This document shows positions 37,101 to 49,100 of a stretch of 64,000 nucleotides of DNA, piece by piece. The notes beneath the pieces were generated by a model. That model was not told the origin of the DNA and searched no databases. It saw nothing but the letters and a program-made list of their open reading frames with translations. Source of the DNA: Carcharhinus amblyrhynchos (Eukaryota); assembly GCA_965287045.1 (NCBI GenBank), contig OZ336874.1:78802001-78866000 (forward strand), in the 5' to 3' direction. A program made the position numbers and the translations under genes. Each line of letters opens with the position of its first letter. Positions within the stretch are counted from its first letter, which is position 1.

Positions 37101-40100
37101 AAAGGCAAATTGTGCGGAGGGTGTGGAGAGTCTGCAGAAGGATCTAGATAGGCTGGGCGAATGGGCCAGGAAATGGCAAATGGAATTTAATGTTGGCAAG
37201 TGCAAGGTGGTCCACTTTGGTAGGAATAATGGTAGGAAGGATTATCACTTACGTGGCGAAAAACTGCAGCAGGCGACGGTGCAGAGGGACCTCGGGGTCC
37301 TTGTGCATGAGTCGCAAAAACCCAGCTTGCAGGTGCAGCAGGTGATCAGGAAGGCGAATGGGATGCTGGCCTTCATAGCGAAGGGGATTGAATATAAAAG
37401 TAGGGAGGTCTTGCTGCGGCTGTATAGGGCATTGGTGAGGCCGCAGCTGGAGTACTGTGTGCAGTTTTGGGCGCCGCACTTACGCAAGGATATTTTGGCC
37501 TTGGAGGGAGTGCAGAGGAGGTTTACTAGGCTGATGCCGGAGTTGAGGGGGTTGAACTATGAGGAGAGGCTGAATAAACTAGGCTTGTACTCATTAGAGT
37601 TTAGAAGAATGAGGGGAGATCTCATTGAGACGTATAAGATGATGAATGGGATGGATAGGATAGAGGTGGAGAGACTCTTCCCGCTCAGAAAGGACAGTAG
37701 GACTAGGGGACACAGCCTCAAGATAAAAGGGGGGCGGTTTAGAACGGAGTTGAGGAGGAACTTCTTCACTCAAAGGGTGGTGAATCTCTGGAATTCTCTG
37801 TCCGTTGAAGTGGTGGAGGCTACCTCGCTAAATATTTTTAAGACGCGGGTTGATGGGTTTTTGATAAGAGAGGGGATTAAGGGTTATGGGGAGAGGGCGG
37901 GAATGTGGAACTGAGCCACGACAGATCAGCCATGATCTTATGGAATGGCGGGGCAGGCTCGAAGGGCTAGATGGCCTACTCCTGCTCCTATTTCTTATGT
38001 TCTTATATCAATTCAGAGTTCAGAACCAAAAGTCCAATGGTGTAGAGCATTGGTTCAGAGAGGTTAGGTTGAAGCTGATACAGGATAATCCACTTTTCCA
38101 TTAGCACTGACTTCAAAATGGGAGAAGTACGTAGGGATGAACTAGTCTTGCAGTAGGCATGGGAACAGACAGTCAGAACTTCCAGTAGAAAGTGTAAATG
38201 AGGGCCAGACAATTTAAACCCGGACAGAGCTCCAGTTCTGTTGTTGTTCTGTTGATGCAAAATGGAGACTGTTTCCTCAAAATTAAGACAGATTCATATA
38301 TGGGCATCTTCAGCCAGTAAGTACTGAACTGCATAAACTAGCCAGCATGATTGATATGTTGATGCCTACAGGGATAACAAATAGTTCACATCATTGCTCA
38401 CAAGGCAATGTTACAGGTTTGATTGGCTTTGGGGCGCTGTGTGGTCAGGTAACATAACGCCCACTTCCTTCCCTTGGTTTTGGCGAAGAATATACATTCC
38501 TGGTCTAGGTTCTCAAGGAGGTTAATATTTCATCCATTAATAAGTTTACCAGAAGTTTCAATGTTCTTTGTCTTTGGTGCATTGCCATGAGCCAGGGTTT
38601 GCCTCAGAAACATAATGGGGCCTTTGTGAATTTCCTTGGAATTTGATTTCTGCAGTCATGGAGAGCACTGGTAACTCTTCAGTAATAGTGAGGTTACTGT
38701 GATTTTCCAAAGGCTAGAAGTTCCTCTTGTGTGAGTCGTGACTAGTCATAGTTTCAGTCAGTGTATAACCTTTGTCTGTTATATATTCTTCTAATATAAT
38801 TTTATAAAGTAGCCAGGATGATATAGAGATATACATTTTCTTGCATATCTTATTGGCATAGCAGCCATTCAGCCCTTCAACCAGCTCCACCATTGAATAG
38901 GATCATGGTTGTCCTGGTAGTGGTCTTTCCCGTCAGATACTTTTCTGTCTGACCCCAAGTTGATTCACTTTTCCATCAAAAATCTGTCTAACTGTTTCTT
39001 GAATAACCAATGACTCAGCCGCCACTGTGTTCCGGGGGAAAGATTCCACATACTAACAGTTGCCTGAGAAAAAAAGTTCTCCTCATCTCCATTCCAAAAA
39101 GGAGACCTCTTATTCTTAAACTGTAGGCTCTAGTTCTAAACTCCTTCATTAAAGGAAAACATCGTCCTTGTAGCCACTCTATCTTCTGTCAGTGTGCTTT
39201 AACAAGATAATTTCTCATTCTTTAAAACTCTATAGTTAAAGTTTAAAGTTAAAGTTTATTTATTAGTCACAAGTAGGCTTCCATTAACACTGCAATGAAG
39301 TTATTGTGAAAATCCCCTAGTTGCCACATTCCAGCGCCTGTTTGGGTACACTGAGGGAGAATTTAGCATGGCCAATACACCTAACCAGCACATCTTTCAA
39401 ACTGTGGGAGGAAACTGGAGCACCCAGAGGAAACCCTCGCAAACACAGGAAGAACATGCAAACTCCATGCAGACAGTGACCCAAATTGGGTAATCGAACC
39501 TGGGTCCTTGGCACTGTGAGACAGCCAACTTCATTTAATGGGATTGAATTATACAACCTTGTATAACTTATCCCGACGAAACTTAGTCTCACCTCTGCAG
39601 TGCAACAAAAATGTCCCTAATTTAGAAGCAGTTCAGAGAAGGTTCACTTGACTCATTTCAGTGAAGAAAGACTTATCTTATGACAAAACATTGAACAGAT
39701 TGAGTCTATACCCTATAGCACGGTGTGCCACTGTGCTGTAGGGTACAGACCCAATCTATTCAACCTTTTGTCATAAGATAAGTCTTTCTTCACTGAAATG
39801 AGTCAAGTGAACCTTCTCTGAACTGCTTCTAAATTAGGGACATTTTTGTTGCACTGCAGAGGTGAGACTAAGTTTCGTTGGGATAAGTTACACAAGGTTG
39901 TATAATTCAATCCCATTAAATGAAGTTGGCTGCACTAACCTAAGAATATAGAGGGAGAATAGAGACATTCCTCTACCAATTCCCAAGTTTCAATAGCTAA
40001 TTTGTTGCTAAGGAAGTTGGCTATAAGTTTGTTTGACCTCTTCTAGGCATTTTATTATTGCAAACAGTTTCAAAATCCACATTTTAGTCTTTTGATTTCC

Positions 40101-43100
40101 AGTCTCTGTGTGTTCAGTTGTGCTGGTGTACTCAGCTGGGTATTGCAAATACTGGACAACCACCAATTAAATCTCAAATGTAGAGGCTTGAAACCCTAGT
40201 AACCAGCAGCTGCTTTGCCTCTTGCCTTTGTTTAGTCTTCTAACATCCAATTTCAAGGAAAATTAAATATATGGCAATGTCAGGAACTAAAATATCTTTA
40301 ATTGGCTTAAATTCTAATAACTTGGGTGAAGAGTACTCTTGTATAAATGGATATCTTTATGGAGTAGCTTAGCAACAATTTACAGTAAGCGCTAGAAAAT
40401 CTTTGGGCAACATCTGTGGAGAGAGAAACGGAGCTAACACTTCGAGTCTAACATGACATCTTTGTAGTCAACATCAGTTGGCATCAACTCCGAAGAGTTA
40501 ATTTGCAATGTTAACTGTTCCCACTCCAGAGATACTGCCAGACCCGATGACATTTTCCAATACTTTGTGTTTCTATTTCAGATTTCCAGCACCCGCAATA
40601 TTTTGCTTTACAATAATTGCTTATAGTTGACCAATCCTAGTGAAATATAAGATATCAATGAAGCCCTGACATCAGAGAAACAAAAGAAAAACAGGATGAA
40701 ATAAAGGGGTATTATGCAAATAAAACAATTAAGGACAACAATACCAGCTCCTGACATTTCATAATTCACAGTGACTTGTAAAAGAGCATGACTACGTTGC
40801 TGTGAATCAGTTGGTTAGCAGCTGATTACAGAGGATAACTGAGAATAAATCAATGTTGAAGATTATAAAGGTCAGAAAAAAGAACTTAAAAATCAAAATA
40901 ATTAAAAATTACCAATAGATCAGTCATCAAAAATGTCTCTACCATGTAACCTGCAGCTTAGTTGTGAAAAATTCTTATTTTGCTACAATTAAAAATGTTT
41001 AGTATTCTGATTTTTATAAGATTGTAGCTAAGGTACAAGGAGGCTTATGGTGCAATGTGTAAGAGAACTACAGAAATGTTACAACACAGCTATTCAGCCC
41101 ATCTTGTCCATGCCTGCTGGGCCAGAAGCGCTGGGCTCAAGTCCCATCTCAGGATTTGAAGGTGTGTTCACGATGTGGCCAAGCTGGTTGATTATTAGGC
41201 TGCAATTCCTCCCAAAATACCTGGTGGCAGACAATAAGAATGGGAGAGTCTCCTGATCAGCCATACTGCAGAAGGCAATGACAAGTCGCTGTAGTATCTT
41301 GCCAAGCCATCAATTCTCTTCGGGCATGTTACCTAGAGTAGAAGGAACTAACAGTTAAGAGTTTGTGCTTTTGTTTTGTGACCTGTGGACATGTTGCAAG
41401 ACTATCTGCCTCCACCACCCTCTCATGCAGCACGTTTCACATTTCCATCACCCTCTGTATCAAAAACATTTTTTCTCAAATTCCCTCTAAAGCTCTTACT
41501 CCTTGCCTTAAACCTATGCCCTCTGGTCTTAGACACCTCTGCCAATGGGGACAGATTCTTACAATCTCTCCTATCATGCTTCTCATAATTTGCTACACCC
41601 CTATCAGATCTCTGGTCAGCCTTCTCTGCTCTCGAGAAAACAAACTCAGCCTGTTCAGTTTCTCCTCATACTGAAACTTTCCATCCCAGCAACACCTGAT
41701 GAATCTCCTCTGCAGCCTCTCCAATGCAATCATGTCCTTCCAATAGTGTGGCAACCAGAACTATGGCCTAACCAATGTTTTGTAAAGGTGTACCATGGCC
41801 TCCCTGCTCCTATCTTACTTGTGCAATTCTGGTCATCCTATTGTAGAAAGGATATTATTAAACTAGAAAGAGTGCAGAAAAGATTTACCAGGATGCTACT
41901 GGGACTTGATGGATTGAGTTATAAGGAGAGGCTGGATAGACTGGGGCTTCTTTCTCTGGAGCGTAGGAGGCTGAGCGTAGGAGGCTTTAAACTAATTGGG
42001 GGGGGGGAGGGTGCGAGGGTAGGTGACGTTACGAGGCCTAAAGTTAAGGAGATGGTACAGGTAAGGGTAGAGGCCGAGGATGTCCCAATAATAAAGGGAG
42101 TAGTGAGTATGGTTGGTGGCGTTCCGGCAAATAGGGTCCAGGTGAAGGCTGGGATGAAGGCACTTTATCTGAATGCACGAAGCATTCGGAATAAAGTGGA
42201 TGAGCTGGTGGCGCAGATCAGCACAAATGGATATGATCTGGTGGCCATTACAGAGATGTGGCTGCAAGATGACAGGGACTGGGAGCTGAATGTCCAGGGG
42301 TATCAAGTGTTTAGGAAGGATAGGCAAGAGGAAAAAGTGGGGGGGCGTAGCTCTGCTGATTAAGGATAGCATCAGGGTGGTAGCAAGGGATGATATAGGA
42401 ACCAAAGAGCAGAACGTGGAATCGTTGTGGGTGGAGATTAGGAACAGCAAAGGGAGGAAGACGCTGGTGGGTGTCGTCTATAGGCCCCCGAATAATGATC
42501 TGGAGGTGGGGCGGGCTGTTAACGCGCAAATAAGTGCGGCGTGCAGGAATGGGACGGCCGTAATTATGGGGGATTTCAATCTACATATTGATTGGTCGAC
42601 CCATGTTGGATGCGGTGGGCTCGAGGAGGAGTTCTTGGAATGCTGCCGGGATAGTTTCCTTGAACAGTGTGTGTTGGAGCCGACGAGGGAGTGAGCTATC
42701 TTGGATCTGGTGCTATGTAATGAGGCGGGTAGAATTAGGGACCTTGCGGTGAAGGATCCTCTTGGGGAGAGTGATCATTGTATGGTGGAGTTTCTGGTGC
42801 AGATGGAGGAGGAGAAAGTGGGTTCCCGGACACGCGTCCTTTGTTTGAACAGAGGGGAGTACGGTAGGATGAGAGAAGAATTGGTGAATGTGGACTGGGG
42901 GAGCGCATTGGAAGGTAGGTCTGCTGAGGAGCAGTGGAGGATCTTTAAGGAGATCTTTCTTGGTGCTCAGCAGAAATTTATTCCAATGGTCAAAAAGGAC
43001 CGTAGGAGGAGAGGTAATAAGCCATGGATAACGAAGGAGGTGAAGGAGAGTGTTAAATTAAAAGCGGAGGCGTTTAGAGTAGCTAAGAGTAGTGGGCGAG

Positions 43101-46100
43101 AAGAGGATTGGGAGAGGTTTAAATGTCAACAAAGATTGACAAAGAAGTTGATAAAGAAGGGTAGGAGAAACTATGAAGCTGGGCTAGCGCTTAATATAAA
43201 AAAGGATAGCAAGAGTTTTTATAAATATATAAAAAGGAAGAGGCTGGCTAGGGTGAACATTGGACCCTTAGAGGATGAGAGGGGGGACTTAGTGGTAGGG
43301 GATAGGGAAATGGCTGAGGCCTTGAATAACTTTTTTGTTTCGGTCTTCACGGAGGAGGACGTGAATAATTTGCCGGGTGTTAGAGATGGAAAGGTGGTAG
43401 GACTGGAGGGTCTCAATGACATTACTGTTACTAGAGAGGCGGTGCTCGACAGACTGGAGGGGGCTGATTGTGGACAAGTCCCCAGGACCGGATGGAATGC
43501 ATCCGAGGGTTCTGAAAGAAATGGCGGAGGTGATAGTGGATGCCTTGGTGGTTATTTTCCAGACGTCGCTGGATTCCGGGGAAGTGCCGGATGATTGGAA
43601 AACGGCTAATGTTACGCCGTTGTTTAAGAAGTGTGCCAGGCAAAAGGCGGGGAATTATAGTTTAACGTCTGTGGTAGGTAAAATGTTAGGATCTGTCATT
43701 AAGGAGGAAATTGCGAGGCATCTTGAAGGTGATAGAGCAGACGCAGCACGGTTTCATTAAAGGGAAGTCGTGTCTGACAAATTTACTAGAGTTCTATGAG
43801 GATGTGTCTAGGGCGGTGGATAGAGGAGAGCCAGTGGATGTGGTCTTTCTAGATTTTCAGAAGGCGTTTGACAAGGTGCCGCACAAGAGGTTATTGCAGA
43901 AGGTCAGGGGACATGGAGTTGGGGGTAGGGTGTTAGCGTGGATAGAGGATTGGTTGTCAAATAGGAGGCAGAGAGTGGGGGTCAATGGGTGCTATTCGGA
44001 TTGGCGGTTGGTGACTAGTGGAGTGCCCCAGGGGTCGGTGCTGGGGCCTCAGCTATTTACCATTTATATAGATGATCTGGAGGAGGGAACCGAGTGTATG
44101 GTGTCGAAATTTGCTGATGACACCAAGATGGTAGAACGGCAAATTGTGCGAAGGGTGTGGAGAGTCTGCAGAAGGATCTAGATAGGCTGGGCGAATGGGC
44201 CAGGAAATGGCAAATGGAATTTAATGTTGGCAAGTGCAAGGTGGTCCACTTTGGCAGGAATAATGGTAGGAAGGTTTATTACTTGCGTGGTGAAAAACTG
44301 CAGCAGGCGACGGTGCAGAGGGACCTCGGGGTCCTTGTGCATGAGTCGCAAAAACCCAGCATGCAGGTGCAGCAGGTGGTCAGGAAGGCGAATGGGATGC
44401 TGGCCTTCATAGCGAGGGGGATTGAATATAAAAGTAGGGAGGTCTTGCTGCGGCTGTATAGGGCATTGGTGAGGCCGCAGCTGGAGTACTGTGTGCAGTT
44501 TTGGGCGCCGTACTTACGCAAGGATATTTTGGCCTTGGAGGGAGTGCAGAGGAGGTTTACTAGGCTGATGCCGGAGTTGAGGGGGTTGAACTATGAGGAG
44601 AGGCTGAATAAACTAGGCTTGTACTCGTTAGAGTTTAGAAGAATGAGGGGAGATCTCATTGAGACGTATAAGATGATGAATGGGATGGATAGGATAGAGG
44701 TGGAGAGACTCTTCCCGCTCAGAAAGGACAGTAGGACTAGGGGGCACAGCCTCAAGATAAAGGGGGGGCGGTTTAGAACGGAGTTGAGGAGGAACTTCTT
44801 CACTCAAAGGGTGGTGAATCTCTGGAATTCTCTGCCCATTGAAGTGGTGGAGGCTGCCTCGCTAAATATTTTTAAGAAACGGGTTGATGGGTTTTTGATA
44901 AGCGAGGGGATTAAGGGTTATGGGGAGAGGGCGGGAATGTGGAACTGAGCCACGACAGATCAGCCATGATCTTATTGAATGGCGGGGCAGGCTCGAAGGG
45001 CTAGATGGCCTACTCCTGCTCCTATTTCTTATGTTCTTATGTTCTGAGGGGTGATCTTATAGAGGTCTACAAAATAATGAGGGGCACAGATCTGCTAGAT
45101 AGTCAATATCTTTTCCCAAAGGTAGGGGAGTCTAAAACTGAAGGGCATTGGTTTACGGTGAGAGGGAAAATACACAAAAGTGTCCAGAGGGACAATTTTT
45201 TCACACAAAGGGTGTTGAGTGTCTGGAACAAGTTGCCAGAGGTAGTAGTTGAGGCGGGTACAATTTTGTCTTGTAAAAAGCATTCAGATAGTTAATGAGT
45301 AAGATGGGTATTGAGGGACATGGGCCAAATGCGGGCAATTGGGACTAGTTTACAGGTTTTTTAAAAAAAAAGGACAACATGGACAAGTTGGGCCGAAGAG
45401 CCTGTTTCCATGCTGTAAACTTCTATAACTCTATGATATTCTTTGTCCAGCTAATGAAGGGAAGCATTCCTTATGCCTTCTTCACCACACTATCTACCTG
45501 TGCTGCCACATTCAGGAATCTATAGACTTGTACACAAAGATGTCTTTGTTCCTCAATATTCCCGAGGGACCTACCATTCATTGTATACATGGTACCCTTA
45601 TTAGACCTCCCAAAATGCATCACTTTACACTTATAAGGATTAAATTCCATCTGCCATTGCTCTGCTCAATTTACCAACTGACCGATATCAGTCTGTGGCC
45701 TAAGATGTATCCTGCTCACTATGAATGGGGTTTTCCTTAATCTTATCTGCCAGAGATATTTCATGGCCCCTCTTTGCCCTCCTAATTTATTTTTTAAGCA
45801 CTGCCTTACACTCGCTACACTCTTGAGGGGCCTTCCCTGTTTTTTTTTGGTGCTCTGTACTTACCATATGTTTCTTTATCAAACCTTCACTATCCCTGGA
45901 CTTGCCAGCATTGCCCTTCACTCTTAGAGGAACACATTGGCTCTGAACTCTCACCATTTCACTTTAAAAATACTCCCACTTTCCAAATGTAAATTTAGCT
46001 GCAACTAGCTGCTCCCAGTCTATGTTTGTCAGATTCTGTCAAAGGATATTGAAATCAGCTTTCCCCAAATTCAGACACTTGATTTCTGGACTATCCTTAT

Positions 46101-49100
46101 CCCTTTCCATAATGAGTTTGAAACTTATAAAGTTATGATCACTATCCTCAAAATGCTCACCCACTGACACTTCAACCACTTGCCCAGCCTCACTCCCTAG
46201 GATTAGATCTAGCACTGCCCCAACCCTAGTAGGAGTAGTTATGTACTGGCACAAAAAACTCTCCTTGCACTTTAAACATTCCACCCAATCTAATTTTTCA
46301 CAGTAAGGCGATTCCAGTTTATATTGGCAAAGTTGAACTATTACTATAACTATTCATCTCACACCTCTTCGTGATTTGCCTACATATCTGCTCCTTTATC
46401 TCCCTTTACAGTTGGGAGGTCTGTAGTATAATCCCAGCAAAGTGATCAACCCTCTTTTATTTCTAAGCTCTTCCCATATGGCCTCATTTAAAGAGCCTTC
46501 TAAGACATCTTCCCTCATTATTGCACTGATGGTTTCTTTTATCAATAATGCAATGCCCCCTCGTCTCTTGCATCCCCCCTATCTTGCCTGAAACTCCTAT
46601 ACCCTGGAACGTTGAATTGCCAGTCCTGCCCTTCTTTCAACCATGTTTTAATGATTGCAACAGTATTATACTTCCATACGCTGGTCAATGCTCTAAGTTC
46701 ATCTGCTTGACCTGCCAGGCTCCTTGCATTAAGAAAGATGCAGTTTAGCTTCCCAATCCTCCCTTATCATGTCCATTCTTGTCTGCTCACTGGATTGACC
46801 TAGTTTTCTTTCTATATCAGACTGAACCTCACTCTCAACTGCATCCCATCCCCCTGCCAAATTAATTTAAAACCTCCCCAGAAGCATTAGCAAACCTCTC
46901 AGCAAGGTTATTGGACTGTCCAGTTCAGGTGCAACCCATCCAGCTTGTACAGGTCCCACCTACCCCAGAAACTGTCTCATTGACCCAAAAATCTAAAGTC
47001 CTCCCTCCAACATCATCCCTTTAGCCATGCATTCATTTGACTTTTCTTCCTATTCCTATACTCAGTAGCACGTGGTACCAGTTGTAATCCAGAGATTACA
47101 ACCTTAGACGTCTTGCTTTTTAACCTACTACCAAACCCTCTAAATTCCTATTGCAGGACCTCGTCACTTTTTCTGCTTATGTTGTTGATACTGGTGTGAA
47201 CCATGACCACCGGCTGTTCACTCTCCCCCCTCAGAATGCCTTCCCTGACTCTGAGACCAGGGAGATAACTTGCCATTCAAGAGTCATGTTTGTGGCCACA
47301 GAAACACCTGTCAATTCCCTTACAATCAAATCCCCTAACACTAAAGTTCTCCCAGTCTTTTTTCTCCCTAGCTGTGCAGCAGAGCCAACCGCTGTGCCAC
47401 AAACTCAGCTTTTGCTGCTTTCCCCTGAGAGGCCACCCCGCTGCCCCAACAGTATCCAACACAGTATATTTGTTAGAGAGGCGTATAACCATAGGGGGCT
47501 CCTGCACTACCTGCCTATGTTTACTACTCTTCCTACTGGCCACCCAACACTTTTCTACCAATGCAGACATTGCTTGCAGTGTGACCAGCGCGTTAAATGT
47601 GCTTTCCATGATGGCCTCAGCATCACGGTGCTCCATAGTGAGTCCATCTGTAGTTCCAGACGTGCAATATGGTCATTCAGGAGCTGCAACTGGACTCACT
47701 TCCTGCACACATGGTCACCAAGGACACTGGAACTATCCCTGATTTCTCACATATTGCAGGAGGAGCATAGGGCTGCATTCTTCTGCCATACCCTTGAACT
47801 ATGCTCTTAGTTTCTGCCTTTAATTTCGAGTGCTGGTTACACAAGGGACCTTCCTGTACTTTAAACACTAACAACTCCAAACTAACATTTCTGAATGAGT
47901 GAAAGGGAAAAAATGCTTACCTGACTGTTTCTCACCCATCAGCTGCCTCCGCTACCGCACGTCACCCTCTGAATAATGGTGTCTTTCTGAGCTCTGCCAC
48001 TACCTCACTTTGCTGTGCTTATTCTGGAATTCTTTGCCCCACCCCATTGCTTCCTCACAGGTCAGCTCCCAACTGTGAAGTTACCAACTACAAGCAATAA
48101 TCTAGTAACAATTAGTCAACCTTATCCACTACTCACAATGAGTTCCATCGCTCTCTATCTGTGTTTATGAAGCTCAGCTGCACTCTGGTCCTGCCCAAAA
48201 ACTTCCTGTTTTCAGCCAACTCCAAAGCACTCTTGTTTCACCAAACAGTAGTCACAGTGCGGCAAGTAACAATGAAGGTTATCTCCCTTTTCATCAGCCC
48301 TAAAAATAATGCTTCAGAAAGTGGATTAAACCAGTAATCCAGTTAACCAGCTTCAGCTGAGAGTGACTCAACTGACTTCTGTTTCAGAAATGCCTCAGAA
48401 ACAACAACCAGAACCCTTGGGTGACAGAGAGCTGCAGGGATATTTCAAGGCCAAGGACAATCTACCACAAGGCCAATCTTTTCCAGGCAATTTCTTTGTT
48501 TGGGCATCCCAAGGATATACTGAGGACACTGAGGCTCCAATACCTCATTACTACCTTGTGAGCACACGGTGGCACAATGGTTAGCACTGCGGTCAGCGTC
48601 AAGGACCTGGGTTCAATTCCAGTCTCGGGTCACTGTCTGTGCGGAGTTTGCACATTTTCCCCGTGCCTGCAGGGGTTTCCTCTGGGTGCTCCAGTTTCCT
48701 CCCACAATCCAAAGATGTGCAGGTTAGATGGATTGGCCATGCTAAATTGACCCTAGTGTCAAAAAGATTAGCAGGGTAATTATGTGGGGTTACAAGAGTA
48801 GGGCCTGGGTGGGATTGTGGTTGGTGCAGACTTGATGGGCTGAATGGCCTCCTTCTACACTGCAGGGATTCTATGAGCATCCATCCTCGATTTCCTTTTC
48901 CCTGTGTCAGTGCATCTGGTATTACCAACAAAGAGGACAATCTGCTCTTTGGCAACACCATACTAGGTAAGAAAATACAGGTGCCAGAGTTCACATCTTG
49001 CTCAGGTTTCTAGAGTTATTGTGACCTAAGCATTGTAATTTTCTTTGGGGCAATTATGTAATAGATTAGAGTGTTCTGTCATGGGATTGATTTCCTCATA

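Noticed and set aside
36541-37914. 457-aa RT ORF as a domesticated or novel reverse transcriptase gene
   Set aside because: Nearly identical to other CR1 copies in the window, 5'-truncated, and followed by the standard CR1 3' UTR and tail.
41545-42363. 272-aa ORF as a chimeric gene
   Set aside because: Chance read-through across three adjacent TE fragments (reverse CR1, host CR1, nested CR1).
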